DNA of 64,000 nucleotides from Tubulanus polymorphus (lineage: Eukaryota > Animalia > Nemertea), in assembly GCF_964204645.1 (NCBI RefSeq), contig NW_027437470.1, positions 1 to 64,000 of the forward strand, given 5' to 3'. The notes beneath the pieces were generated by a model. That model saw only the letters and a program-made list of their open reading frames with translations. It was not told the DNA's origin and did no database searches. Positions 1 through 13,025 of the stretch are shown here, piece by piece (position 1 is the stretch's first letter; the number at the start of each line of letters is the position of its first letter). Made by a program: the position numbers and the translations under genes.

Positions 1-3000
1 AACATTAGAATTTTATCATTAAACTGGAACGGTTTAGTTTATTCAAACCCCCGAACTTTAAGCATTTTTGAAAAAATCAAAGTATGCGATATTTTTCTGC
101 TCCAAGAAACGCATATCTCGAATGATTACGAAAATCGCAAGATATTTAAACCTCTTTTGAAAAGCTTTGACATTATTTCCAACTTCACGGATGAAAGGAA
201 AAGTGGTGTTACTATCGGGATTAAAAAAACTTTGGATTATACTAATTTGGATACAATTTTGGATAGGCAGGGAAGAATTGTGTCCATAAAAATTTCACTG
301 TTTGGACACATTTACAATATTATGAATATATATGCTCCCAATAAAGATCGAGATAGAAAAATTTTCTTAGAAAACGTAGGGAATTATCTCAATATAAATG
401 CTAACGAACAAATTATTGTGGCTGGCGACTTTAATTGTATAGAAAGTCCATTGGATCATCATTCAACATCGGTTAATTTGAATATCAGAAGTGGCTCGGA
501 ACAATTAGCTAATTTATGTCAACAATATCAATTAGCAGACGCTTACAGACTTGCAAACCCAGACACACCAGCTTTCTCTAGAATTACAAAACGAAACAAT
601 AATGTTATCAAAACCAGAATCGATCGCTTTTATGTGTCAAACACTTTACAGCCAGACGTAGAGCACGTGAAACACGTCAACTCTATTCATTCCGATCACA
701 GGATCGTCGAAATAACTCTTAACGCTACTCAAAACAAACGTGGCAAAGGATACTGGCATCTCAACAAAGAACTACTTAAAAACCCTAATTACATCACTAT
801 GATAACAGACTTTTGGACCCAATGGCAAAATCACAAACAATTCTATGACTCCATCATTGAATGGTGGGAAGAGGGCAAAATTCAAGTGAAACTAAGGACT
901 ACGAAATTTGCTTCGGAACTGAGGAAAATTAAAAACAAACTTAAGAAATCTTTACAGTCTCAACTATTTACTCTTGAAAAACTCTCCGACCTAGGAATAA
1001 ACAATAATCAACAACAAATTGAATATCTTACTAAACGTATCCGCGACTTTGAAATTGAAAACGCAAAAAGCGCTATGGTGAGATCTAAAATAGAATGGAG
1101 AGAATTTGGAGAAAAAACGAGTACCTTTTTCGCAAATTTTGAAAAACAGCGCGCTAAAGCGAATCATTTTAAGAGTCTTAAAAACGACTCGGGTGAGATT
1201 AAAACCAATCAAAAAGATATTGAAAAAATTCAACTGAAATATTACAAAGATTTATATAGACGAGAGGAAACGGATCAAGACGCTCAAAATTTCTTTCTAG
1301 CTAATTTACCCCAAATTTCGGATCAGAATAAACTTCGGAATGATTCCCAAATAAACATGGATGAATTGAATAGTTCGGTAAAATCTTTTCAAAATAATAA
1401 ATCTCCTGGAATGGATGGCATACCTATTGAGTTTTATAAAGAATTTTGGCACATTCTTCAAGAAGACTTTCTACAATTAGTACATGCGTGTATACAAGAA
1501 AATAGACTTTCAAATTCAATGCAAACGGGTATCATATCTTTAATTCATAAGAAAAATGACAAAACTGATCTAAAAAATTGGAGACCGATCTCCTTATTAT
1601 GTACAGATTACAAAATTTTCACAAAAGTTCTCGCAAACAGACTAATAAACTGTCTAACAGACATAATACATCCCGACCAAACTTGTAGCGTAAAGGGCCG
1701 TCGAATTCAAGATAACTGTCATATAATTAGAGACTTAATTGACTACGTAAATCATGACAATTTAGATGCATTTTTGGTAACAATTGATCAAATGAAAGCC
1801 TTCGATCGCGTTGACTGGCAATATACGTTTAAAACTTTGGAATCTTTCGGTTTCGGAGATAATCTAATTCAATATATAAAAACTTGCTATTCGAACCCGA
1901 AATCCAAAATTAAAAGCAACGGTTTCTTAACTAAGCCATTTACTCTAGAAAGAGGCGTCAGACAAGGGTGCCCAATGAGCGCGATACTCTATATAATAGC
2001 GGCAGAACCACTTGCAATCAAAATACGCGAAAATAACAACATTAAAGGAGTGAAATTACGAGACGACACAGAAATTAAAATCAAACAATACGCTGATGAC
2101 ACATCACTATGTCTAACCGACTTAGAATCACTGAATCAGGTCTTTATAACTTTGACTCTTTTTGAACGAGCATCGGGTGCAAAAATTAATAAAGATAAAA
2201 CTGAATGTATGTGGATTGGATCTTGGAAAAACAGGAATGATAAGCCTTTGGACTTGAATTGGAAAAAATCTATGAAAATTTGTGGCATCCATTTCGGCAA
2301 TGAAAATACGGTTGATCTAAATTGGCATCAGAAAATTAATAAGGTTCAAAATGTAATAAATCTTTGGCGACAAACGAAATTATCTCTGCACGGTAAAAAA
2401 GTTGTTATCAACTCGTTCATATTACCGATCTTGTGGTATACTTCGGAAGTATTTCCGATTCCGGATAGATATATTCGAATTTTTGAGCAAAAAATTATCA
2501 ATTTCTTATGGGACTATAAAAAGCATCTCGTCGGCAAAGACATAATACACAGGAAAATAGAGCACGGAGGTTTAGACATACATAGCATAACATACAGACA
2601 ACAAACACAGGCAATTAAGACGATAATTAGTCACGCGACAAAACCGACGCATTGGAACCCGCTAATCAATTACAACTTGCAAAGATTTCTCGGCCCAGGC
2701 TGGAATATTCGAAACATACTTCACAATGAACTACCTAAAAAGTTAATTACTCACGACTTCTATAGACATCTACTAAAATCATGGACATCATTTCAAAAAG
2801 ACTTCATTCCTACCGAAACAATCGCGGAAATTCTACAAAAACCCATCTTTAACAATCCTGAGATTAAACTTTCCAAGACAATTAATTTCAAAAAGTATAT
2901 AGACAACGGGATAACCAATCTACAACACATTTTCGATAACAGCGGTAATCTGAAACCCCTGAGTGAAACTCCTCTAAATGACGGATTAAAACATACAGCT

Positions 3001-3858
3001 ATATGCAACGCGATACCGCAGCACTGGAAATTTATTCTATCAGATCAAAATCTCGATTTCGATGAATTGCCCAAAATATATGTCCAATTTGAAAATATCG
3101 ACTGTGATATTGAAAAAATTGCTTCTTGTCAAATTTATAGAATTCTATTGACTAAAAATCTGAATAATAATGTACCTATCGGGCAAACGAAAATTACTGA
3201 ATTGTTGAATACCGAATTAAACTGGCCGGATATTTAGAATGAAACTTATAACAAATTCATTGATAGGCGTTTTAGTGATATCCATTGGAAATTATTACAT
3301 AATACTCTCGCGACGGCCTCAAAATTAGTACTTTGGCGAATTAAAACTGATCCTAACTGTAAAATTTGCGGACGCGCGGCTACAAATGATCACGTGGTAT
3401 ACTCATGCACAGAAGCGCGACAACTATATTCACACATACAGACAATTTTTGAACGCATTATAGGAACGCCTATACGAATCACTCAAGATATCATATACAC
3501 GGGTGTAACAAAAACAATGCAAAAGAATTTCCACAAACGCACACTCGCAAACTACCTCCTATTCCTCGCACAATTTATTTTGTACAAAAATCACTACAAT
3601 TTAGAACAAGGCACTGGCCGCATCAACACAATTATTTACTTCAAAAACTCTCTTATAGATCGCTTGAACCAAGAAATAATACTTCAACGACATCTCCACA
3701 TTTGGAGTCATAATGACGTCCTTATACGCCTCGATGAAAATGGACAAAGTGTAGTAAATAAAATTGCGATTGATACTATCGATAATTACGTGCGTTCATT
3801 AGTTTCGAACCTACATATCCTAAATATGACAATCGAGGTGTGTTTTGATTTGGAATGA
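1..3858 (+). pseudogene. Tx1/L1-clade non-LTR retrotransposon ORF2 (APE endonuclease, reverse transcriptase, C-terminal CCHC zinc finger), single in-frame nonsense codon
   Basis: Frame 1 is open from base 1 (ILSLNWNGL, DIFLLQETH, NIYAPN, GDFN, RIDRFY, SDH = APE motifs; KSPGMDG, NWRPISLL, KAFDRV, GVRQGCP, YADD = RT motifs). TAG at 3235-3237 sits where a Trp is expected (WPDI*N). The same frame continues through WKLLHN...CKICG...H...C into ORF 3394-3858. Confidence 0.93.
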
Positions 3859-3866
3859 ACAGGGAT

Positions 3867-4314
3867 GACGGTCTATCAATGCGCATAGAACTGTCTGACC
3901 ACTTTTGTTCTATATCATCACATACGCATAGTTTAATTGAGTCTGGTGTTTGGACTGTAAACTCAGCCCCATTGCCGCGATAGCTGGAAAGCTGCCTCCT
4001 TTTCGGCTTCAGGATAGCAAGCTCAGTCTATTTGCGCGCGGTGGCGGCTGGAAAGTTGCCTCTGGACATCGGTCTCATCAAAAACTAAAAAACCTGACTG
4101 TGACATTTGATTCAGCGCACTTGCCGCCTCGGTGACTCATCGACGGTCTTTCATTACGCATAGAACTGTCGGCCAGCTATTGAAGCGGCGCGTGTCTAAG
4201 ATCAAAACTGTAAATAAAACCCAAAATAGACTGTATCAAATAATTGTATGTACAAATACTCGCGTGCCTGTGTCGCTTTCCTGTTGACGGTCTATCAATG
4301 CGCATAGCACTGTC
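3867..4314 (+). repeat. Three copies of a ~29-nt hairpin motif in the LINE 3' UTR
   Basis: GACGGTCTATCAATGCGCATAGAACTGTC at 3867-3895, with variants at 4141-4171 and 4286-4314; the arms are self-complementary. Confidence 0.75.
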
Positions 4315-5083
4315 CGTTGGGCCGCGACGCATCCACGCACCTGTCTATGCACTGTAAATAGAAACACAAAACTGCCCCCGTATGAAACTTATACTTTCAG
4401 GCAAATTCAGCACCAGACGTGAAGTACCAACTGCGCACCCCTTGACGGAGAAACCCATCCTCATTGGAGCTGCATCTTCGGATACCAGGACCGTACTCTC
4501 ATCTGGATAATTTGCGTTCAAAATGTGCTACTTTAAACTAGACAACATAGAGGAATTTACACCAATATTTACTCGGAAAATGCAAAAACTCTCGGATTAT
4601 TTACACGCGGAAAACGACCAAAAAAATAAAAAAAACGAACATTACCGATCTTAGCCCCTTATAGTTATTTTCAAATTTAGATGTATTAATTAGACTTTAA
4701 ACAACATAAACTCCCATCAGTCGCTTGCCGGTTCAGGCTGGATGGATGATTGTTCCGACGAACCGGAACCGACATTTTCAATTATGTACTTCGATTTAAA
4801 AAAAAATGATGTAACCGCGACCGACGACAACTCAACTACATTTTGTACTTCGATTTCCGATTTCAAAAACAAACCCCCTGTTTCGCTCCCGGCAGGTGTG
4901 GTGGGTATGTAAGGGTCGCCAAATCAAACGAAATTTAATCGCAAAAGTTTTTACAATTACCAGTCAAATAAATAAGAGATTAAGAGGAGATATTTGTAGG
5001 ACTTATGGTTGAAAATCGTGATTGGAAATGGAATTTGAACATTATTATATAACTACGTGTACTGTTGCTACCATGGTGATAAA

Positions 5084-5284
5084 AACCGACGATCTTCCGA
5101 CGATTTCAATTCTGTCGGAAGTTCGTCGGAAAATCGTCGTTAATCCTATCCGTCGGTAATTAGTCTGTAAATAACCGCTAGATAACCGACGATATTAAAC
5201 TGACAATTTACCGCTTAATTTCCGTCGATTTACCGACATTTAATCTACCAAATAACCGCTCATTTACCGCAAGGGCCAATAGTG
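5084..5284. repeat. Cluster of (A)CCGAC(G) subterminal-type repeats, possible CACTA/EnSpm end remnant
   Basis: About ten CCGAC/GTCGG/ACCGC motifs in both orientations, ending in TAGTG (reverse complement CACTA). No partner end found. Confidence 0.3.
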
Positions 5285-7916
5285 AAAAGGAGGAGTCATA
5301 GACAAAGTTGATTTGCTTAGCTGGTGACACTTCTTGTCAAGTACATCATCTCAAGTACTGGGTGTTTTGTAAGTTTAATTTCAGTATTTATTTACTAAGT
5401 GCTGTTCTCTCAGACCTCAGTGCTTTCAAACTAGGCCCACCCCATAGGCTATATAGTCCAGGGTGTATTAGCCACTATTCTTTTATATCCGACTAAAATG
5501 CACCTTTTTCTATTTTTAGATTCAGGCTTAGAATGTGCAAATTTTTTTAGATACTGAGAAATCAGATGGCACCAGTAAACTTCAACTGCGAAATTTGCAG
5601 AGGCTGAACGACACAATTTTTAAAAATAAAATGGCTATTCGAATGCTATTTCAATAATAACTTGATTCAACCAGAGAGAAATAAGTCAATTGCGGATGTA
5701 TAGTACACCCACTTTTCTTCCCTGTTTCCTGGTACCAAATTTATAGTCTTAAGCTAAGCGATATTCTAAGGTATACTAGTGGATTTCATTAGAATATGAA
5801 GCAATGGAACCAGAATTCTAGCCAGAGTTAAGCGAACTATTGATTCTGATATAATGTAAGAACTGATTTCCTTTGTATACTCTTGCAGAATGTGTTATTT
5901 CAAGCTGTTAAATAATATAGTTAGACAAATGTCCAATTATTGGATCTTTCTTGTTGACTCGTTTAATTTTGTGAGTTAAGAGTTCCAGTCAATCCACAAT
6001 GTGCAGTGCCTAGCCTTCATCTACACTAAAGCCATGCCTGTGTATGGGAAAAAAATATCGTTCGACTCCTATAGGCCAGACACATCAAAGCATGCAATAC
6101 ATTGCAGATAGTAGTCTCCGGCAAGTCGAAAGAGAAAGTAAACCAGGTTTTACCCCGTACCCTACCCGGGAACAAAGACACTTAAAGATTCCTTCCTCCT
6201 TGTAGAAATTGTAGAAATATGGCACCCAATTGTAGCAATGCTAAGTACAGTATACTATGACGGTTGAACCTTTATTAACGAATTTCAATGACACCGAAAA
6301 TAGAATCAAAATAATCATTAGTTCCATGCTAGCACTTAATTTGGGTTATCAGGTTCAGCCTAACTGTACTTTCATTCAGCTACTACTTGTATGAGACTTG
6401 GCAATGATAAGTTGCAAGAAATCACCAAACATAAGAAAAAATATTGTGAATTAATATTACTGTGATTAAGAATTTATTCAAATGAAGTGATAACTTCATT
6501 GTTAGATCGTACCGGTATATGCACATAAAACTATGGCAAAAAACACATCTAACAATCCACGCAATCCGCAATCGATCAAGGCAAAAGGTAGAAAGTTTCT
6601 GATGTCCGATCGACAGTACCGGTAGCGCCGCTACTTAGCAATAATAAGAACTAATGTTATTGACGACGTTTTGTTAAGTGGAAAGACGCCGAGTACCAGT
6701 ATATATCCGATAGGTTCGAATCCCCAATTTCTTCGGGATGATTTGATTTTAAAATAGCGATCGTTTTAATAGATTTGGTGTACCTTATTAAACTTACCCA
6801 CCGTCAACACACCTACCGGATGTGAAACAGGGGACGTCCTATTCCAATGACGCTAAAGATTTTGTGTGAATTTTATGGTACTGTAACGGCGGTATGAATT
6901 AAATTCAGCTTAGACTGAGAGTAAAGTATTTTAAGGCAAACTCTAATGGGCTAACTGCACATCGCCTAAAGACTTCTCATCCATCGATACTTGATAGAAA
7001 TGAAATAAAACATCTAGTTTCAATTATCTCATGTAAGCATAACATTTATTTTGAAAATCTCAACCATACATCAAAACATTTTAAAGCCTTCTATATCAAA
7101 TGCAATCTTTTGCTAACATAAACAATAGACAAATGGCCATATCTCTATCATATTAATTATATCACGAATGCTAAATATTGCGATATTAATTGAAATCGTT
7201 CAACCAACAAATGAATTTAGTTAACATAATATCATCACAAACCATTCATATCCTTGGCAAAGGACTTATAAGCTTTTAGAATATCCAAACAGGAAAACTT
7301 TAGTCTCATTTCTATGCGAGTAGAAATACATTATCATTATAACATCCATATCTTTGCATTATATATAACATCCATATCTGTGCATTATATATATGTTTAT
7401 AATGTCATATCTCTTAATAATAATCAATCCAATAATTAGATTAATAATACTAATTTATTTATAAATCAATAATTGATAATTAAACTATCAACTCTGCTAT
7501 AATTGAGTTACACATGAGGTAAAAAAATTATGACATAAAAACTCCTGTCAGAGTAATAGAAGTAACTGTCTAATACATGAAATAACACATTTAATACAAT
7601 GAACTGAGCTCTGAATCTGATGAAAATATTCAATCTGAGATCTTACGAATGATGTTATTTTAGCCCTCTACTTCTGAAAACTGAATAGCGCGCTGTGAAC
7701 TGGTCGACCCTAGTTCCAGGACGCATTAACTACCTTTCAATTTTCGGTTACGGATACACTGCAGACTTAGAATTCATTGAGCCAAGGTCGTTACCGCTAC
7801 CTGGAAACGCCATATAAACAAACAACCGTCCGTCTCCTCTTTATCATAAAAATCTTTTACCCTCCTTTTAATGTAAAATCCTTTCTTCTTGAAATCCTTT
7901 TGCAAATCATTGATAA

Positions 7917-10900
7917 AATGATGACGAAAAGGCCGGAGCCCAGGTCCTAGAATCAGATGATTATCTCACTGAGATACAAATCAAACTCGGTCGATTCAAA
8001 CTGAACTTGGATAATCTACTAGCGAAGATACCAAAACCACAATCGCTAAACGAATCTGTAAGTACCATCAATCGAAGCAGTACTACCTCAACCGGCAGTA
8101 AAAAAGTCAATCTACCAAAATTGGCTCTCCCAAATTTCGATGGTGACATTTTGAAATGGTCTACTTTCTACGATAATTTCATCTCAGCCGTCGATAGCGA
8201 TCCGCATTTGGACGATATCCAGAAGTTTCAATATTTAGTCGCACAACTCACTGACGAAGCAGCGCGTACCATAGAAGGTCTGCAAATAACTAGCGCTAAC
8301 TACAAAGAAGCTCTGACGATCTTAGTAGAAAGATACGGTCAACCTCACAAGATCGTGAACGCGTACATCAGAGCTTTATTAGATTTGCAGCCACCGCAGG
8401 ATCACGAGAGTCTACGCGAATTTTACGATTCTTTGGAAACATATATTCGAGGATTGCGCGCGCTCGGGAAATCGGAAGATGCGTTCGGTGACATACTCGT
8501 TCCGGTAGTCTTCGATAAGCTACCGAGTCCCGTCAAAACACAAATTTCACGGGAGCACGGAGACCGCGCCTGGACACTTAAAGAACTACGCGACGCGATC
8601 CGAAAGGAAATACAAGCTACACAGGCAGGAGCGAGCTGCGTCAACTTCGATAATGAAAAATTATCCGCTCTTCATATAAGCACTAAAACGAGGAAAAATC
8701 CGGCCTCGAAAAACAACAGTTGCGCGTTCTGCAAGGGTCCACATACGGCGTTCTCATGCGATATAATCGTTAACCCAAAAAAGCGACAAGACATCATAAA
8801 GGCAAATCGTAAGTGTTATAACTGTTTTGGCAATCACATGGTAACAGCTTGCCAATCGAAATATCGTTGTAAGGTTTGCAAAGGCAAACACCACACTGCT
8901 ATTCATATAGATCGAAATACTGATACGCATATTGAATCAAAAAATATTCATGTCAATATAGCTCCAACTTCAAGTCCTGTTCTCTTGAAATCGGCTATTG
9001 GTCAAATAAATTATGGTTCGAATTCGACCACGGTAAATATCTTGTTTGACGAAGGAGCGCAGTGCTCATTCATCACTAAAAAGTCGGTAAATGAATTAGG
9101 TGTCCGATTGGACAAATTTGAAAAGCAAGATGTAAATATTTCCACCTTTGGTGAGAATTCGCCTGGGGCACGTACTCTACGGAGTATAGATTTAAAACTT
9201 CGTACACGTAAAGGCGAAATTGGTTTACGTGCATTAGTTGTACCGGAAATATGTCCACCAATTCAGAACAATGTAAAACTTGCTGTGACAAATCACCCGT
9301 ACCTTCGAAATTTACCATTAGCACCGTACGTCAACACCAGCAATTGTGAAATTAATCTATTAATCGGTGCTGATTATTACTGGTCGATCGTAGAGAATGA
9401 AGTGGTTAGAGGAGCTGGCCCGACAGCTGTCAGTTCCAAACTCGGGTTCCTTCTATCAGGACCCATCAATTTGAATGCGAATACATCGGTACTCCATACT
9501 ACCTGTCTTTTGAATACTATACATTCAAACGATGAATTCTCAAAATTATCTAACTACTGGGATCTTGAAGTAATTGGCATCAAGGAAACGATTAAATCTG
9601 AAACAATGAATTTTGAAACGTATCGAGACAATTACCTTAAACGCGATACCAGTGGTAAATATATAGCGAATTTACCTTGGAAAGAAGATTATCCACCGCT
9701 CCCTACCAATTTTGATATTTGTACCGCTAGAACTAGATCTATGGTTAAACGCTTGTCTCCAGAACTGAGGCAGACATATAATGCGATAATAGCAGAGCAA
9801 CTTTCACGCGAATTTATTGAGATAGTAGAAAATGATGACAAGAGCCAGGGCCATTACATACCCCACCACTCGGTTAAAAAGGAATCAATCACAACACCGA
9901 TTAGAATTGTTTATGATTGTAGTTGTAAACAAGGGGATAATCCTAGTTTGAACGACTGTCTCGAAAGCGGTCCTTCATTAATAAATGATCTTGTGCAGAT
10001 ATTAATCCGCTTTCGCACGAATAACGTCGCATTTACAAGTGATATTGAAAAGGCATTTTTAAATGTAAAACTCGGTGAAAACGATAGAAATTTCACAAAA
10101 TTTCTATGGCTATCAGATCCTACGGATCCCGATAGTCCCTTCAAGGTCTATCGTTTCAAATCAGTACTTTTCGGGTCCACTAGCTCACCATTCATCTTAA
10201 ATTCTGTAGTGAAAACGCATCTACAGTCCGAAAATACAGAAATCTCAATCGATATGCAATCAAACATATACGTCGATAACGTTCTCAGTGGCTCTCATAA
10301 CGCTAAAAAAGCAATTGAATATTTTGAAGAAGCCACGAATACTATGAGCAGGGGTGGATTTATTTTGAGATCATGGGCTACAAACGACCCAGAACTAAGA
10401 TCGTTGATAAAACAACAGGCAATGGGTGAGAATAATGAAATCGTCAATGTCGTAGGGTTACAATGGGATACGATTAGTGATACTCTTCAGTTTTCAAAGG
10501 CCATAAAAGACCCAGCTATGTGCACTCAGTCTGTGGTATCTAAGCGGGAAGTTGTGAGCGTAACAGCGTCACTATTTGACCCCCTTGGTCTCCTCTCGCC
10601 TGTGCATATTCAAGCTAAAATGTTTATCCAGAAATTGTGGCAATCTAAACAAACTTGGGATGAACCCTTATCTGATGAATTATCATCACTCTGGTTTGAA
10701 ATACATCAGCAGTTATACGCCTGTCAACATACAGCTATACAAAGACCATATTTTGGTCAACCGACTAGTGAATGTGAACTACACATTTTTGCTGATGCCA
10801 GTCCCAATGCTTATGGGGCTGTAGCTTATCTGAAAACTGACAAATCGACTTCAATCATCATGGCAAAATCACGGGTTAAACCATTAAAAGAGGTTACTAT

Positions 10901-13025
10901 CCCTAGACTTGAATTATTGGCAGCACTGATCGCTGCACGGCTCGCGAAATTTATCCGTGATGCATTCGACAAGTCAAATTTAAGTTTAACAAAATGTGTT
11001 CTTTGGTCCGATAGTCAGATCACAATACATTGGATTCGGAGTGAGAAGAAATTACCCACATTCGTCGAAAACAGAGTCCGTGAAATTCGGTCTGTCAAAT
11101 TTGACATAATCAATTATTGTCCTACAAAGGACAACCCTGCTGATCTCTTGACTCGGGGCATCAATACCCAAGACTTGGATAATAGTAGATTATGGTGGTT
11201 TGGACCAACTTGGCTGCCTAATGGCGATTGGCCAATTGATCGATTGAATAATTCAACTGTACTATATTGTTCAGTAAATAATTCTGAATCGCACTCTCAA
11301 CAGTGTGCAGAATTAGCTAGTACTAATTCTATCTCAGTTCTATCAACCACCGCAACTCCATCAGAACCGTCTGGAATACAAAAAGTAATAGATGTCGAGC
11401 AATTCAATTCGCTGCATAAATTACTTCGAGTCACAGCATGTGTACTACGCTTTATTTCTATTATGAAGAAGACATGTCAACCTAGACATAATCATATTAC
11501 CGTGCCAGAAATACGTTTGGCTCGTACTACGTGGGTTCGCTCTTTGCAAGATGACGAATTTTCAAATGAAATTAAATGTATTCAGAAAGGGGGACGAGGT
11601 ACCCAATTGACTAAACAATTAAACCTATTCACTGATAAAGAGGGTTTAATTAGATGTGGCGGTCGTTTTCAAAACGCGAATCTTAACTACAACGCTAAGT
11701 ACCCAATATTATTGCCATCGAAGCACCCATACACAAAATTAGTAATTAGTGACGCCCATAAAATGGTTCTACACAGTGGGTTACAATCAACTTTGTGTTA
11801 CATACGTCAATCATATTGGATACCAAGAATTAGGCAAATAGTTAGCCCAATTATTAGAAAATGCTCAGTTTGCATTAGACATGATGGTAAATCATATCGT
11901 GCGCCAATCACGCCTCCGTTACCTGCCTGTAGACTAAAAGAAGCTCCACCCTTTACCATCACAGGCGTTGATTTCACTGGCCATTTATATTATCGCACGA
12001 AACACTCAAAACAGAACAAGGCATACATATGTCTATTTACATGCGCCGTTTCCAGGGCAATACATCTGGAAATAGTCACTGATCTGACGCCTGCTTCCTT
12101 TATGAGAGCATTTCGCAGATTTGCCAGCAGGAGGTCGTTGCCAAGTCAATTGATCTCTGATAATGGTTCAACATTTTTGTCTGCAGAAAACGATATCAAA
12201 GAAATATTCAAATCAACAAAAGTCAGAAACTTTCTGTCTAACAAACTTGTCACTTGGACATTTATACCGAAACGCGCGCCATGGTTTGGCGGATTTTATG
12301 AAAGATTAGTCGGTATAACGAAAAACACTTTGAAAAAAGTAGTTGGTCGAGCGTGTATTACCTTGGACGAATTGTCGACTCTAATTATTGAAATAGAGGC
12401 TACAATAAACGATCGTCCCTTAACGTACATGACAAATGATGACGATGAGATCATTCCCTTAACTCCATCACATTTAATTTGTGGGAGAATGATTACTCTG
12501 TTACCTCAACCGGTAGTTGAAGAAAACGAACTAATTGATCCGAATTTTAACTTACCGCCCATCGGTTTCTCCGACGCGAACAAACGCATGAAATACTTAG
12601 ACAGTCTTTTCCAAGATTACTGGATACGGTGGCGAAATGAATATTTGCCAACCTTAAGGGAAAACCACTGTCAGACGCTAAAGCGGGGTGGAATTACGGA
12701 AAATCATGTCAAAATAGGCGATATAGTGATCGTTCATGATGACTCAAAAAAGAGAATCTTTTGGCAACTCGCTATCATTGAAGGTCTGAACAAGGGCAAC
12801 GACGGTCTTGTGAGATCCGCGGTAATTCGTACTAAAAACGGAATTACGAATAGACCTCTTAAGAAATTATACCCCTTAGAAATCAATTCTGATAGTGGTG
12901 AGAAAATGAATGATGAATCATCGCCACTAATTAGTAATATTCAACCCCCAATGAAAATAAAACGAAATGCAGCATTGAACGCTAGAAATAAAATAAAAAA
13001 CTGGTGTGACAAACTGGTCGACTAA
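7917..13025 (+). CDS. BEL/Pao LTR-retrotransposon gag-pol polyprotein, 5'-truncated but uninterrupted
   Basis: Gag (LPKLALPNFDGD..W..F), three Cys/His knuckles, aspartic protease (LFDEGAQCSF), RT (DIEKAF, YVDN), RNase H (FADAS..AYGAVAY), integrase (HHCC, DFTG, SDNG, ER) and a Pao-type C-terminal domain. The frame is open from 7917 with no ATG, 5' LTR or PBS. Confidence 0.95.
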   Translation, partial: NDDEKAGAQVLESDDYLTEIQIKLGRFKLNLDNLLAKIPKPQSLNESVSTINRSSTTSTGSKKVNLPKLALPNFDGDILKWSTFYDNFISAVDSDPHLDDIQKFQYLVAQLTDEAARTIEGLQITSANYKEALTILVERYGQPHKIVNAYIRALLDLQPPQDHESLREFYDSLETYIRGLRALGKSEDAFGDILVPVVFDKLPSPVKTQISREHGDRAWTLKELRDAIRKEIQATQAGASCVNFDNEKLSALHISTKTRKNPASKNNSCAFCKGPHTAFSCDIIVNPKKRQDIIKANRKCYNCFGNHMVTACQSKYRCKVCKGKHHTAIHIDRNTDTHIESKNIHVNIAPTSSPVLLKSAIGQINYGSNSTTVNILFDEGAQCSFITKKSVNELGVRLDKFEKQDVNISTFGENSPGARTLRSIDLKLRTRKGEIGLRALVVPEICPPIQNNVKLAVTNHPYLRNLPLAPYVNTSNCEINLLIGADYYWSIVENEVVRGAGPTAVSSKLGFLLSGPINLNANTSVLHTTCLLNTIHSNDEFSKLSNYWDLEVIGIKETIKSETMNFETYRDNYLKRDTSGKYIANLPWKEDYPPLPTNFDICTARTRSMVKRLSPELRQTYNAIIAEQLSREFIEIVENDDKSQGHYIPHHSVKKESITTPIRIVYDCSCKQGDNPSLNDCLESGPSLINDLVQILIRFRTNNVAFTSDIEKAFLNVKLGENDRNFTKFLWLSDPTDPDSPFKVYRFKSVLFGSTSSPFILNSVVKTHLQSENTEISIDMQSNIYVDNVLSGSHNAKKAIEYFEEATNTMSRGGFILRSWATNDPELRSLIKQQAMGENNEIVNVVGLQWDTISDTLQFSKAIKDPAMCTQSVVSKREVVSVTASLFDPLGLLSPVHIQAKMFIQKLWQSKQTWDEPLSDELSSLWFEIHQQLYACQHTAIQRPYFGQPTSECELHIFADASPNAYGAVAYLKTDKSTSIIMAKSRVKPLKEVTIPRLELLAALIAARLAKFIRDAFDKSNLSLTKCVLWSDSQITIHWIRSEKKLPTFVENRVREIRSVKFDIINYCPTKDNPADLLTRGINTQDLDNSRLWWFGPTWLPNGDWPIDRLNNSTVLYCSVNNSESHSQQCAELASTNSISVLSTTATPSEPSGIQKVIDVEQFNSLHKLLRVTACVLRFISIMKKTCQPRHNHITVPEIRLARTTWVRSLQDDEFSNEIKCIQKGGRGTQLTKQLNLFTDKEGLIRCGGRFQNANLNYNAKYPILLPSKHPYTKLVISDAHKMVLHSGLQSTLCYIRQSYWIPRIRQIVSPIIRKCSVCIRHDGKSYRAPITPPLPACRLKEAPPFTITGVDFTGHLYYRTKHSKQNKAYICLFTCAVSRAIHLEIVTDLTPASFMRAFRRFASRRSLPSQLISDNGSTFLSAENDIKEIFKSTKVRNFLSNKLVTWTFIPKRAPWFGGFYERLVGITKNTLKKVVGRACITLDELSTLIIEIEATINDRPLTYMTNDDDEIIPLTPSHLICGRMITLLPQPVVEENELIDPNFNLPPIGFSDANKRMKYLDSLFQDYWIRWRNEYLPTLRENHCQTLKRGGITENHVKIGDIVIVHDDSKKRIFWQLAIIEGLNKGNDGLVRSAVIRTKNGITNRPLKKLYPLEINSDSGEKMNDESSPLISNIQPPMKIKRNAALNARNKIKNWCDKLVD

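Larger units (their letters stand above)
1..4990 (+). mobile_element. Tx1-like LINE including a long 3' UTR; 5' part lies outside the window, 3' end approximate
   Basis: ORF2 as above, followed by ~1.1 kb of non-coding DNA with repeated hairpin modules and A-rich tracts (4620-4636, AATAAATAAG at ~4967). The exact 3' boundary and TSD cannot be determined. Confidence 0.6.

Noticed and set aside
3865-3900. SECIS-like ATGA...AA...TGA hairpin after the LINE ORF
   Set aside because: The helix is too short, the GA quartet is out of register, and the internal stop is TAG rather than TGA.
6670-6725. tRNA or SINE head (GGTTCGAATCCC B-box)
   Set aside because: No cloverleaf; the upstream part belongs to the outer MULE TIR.
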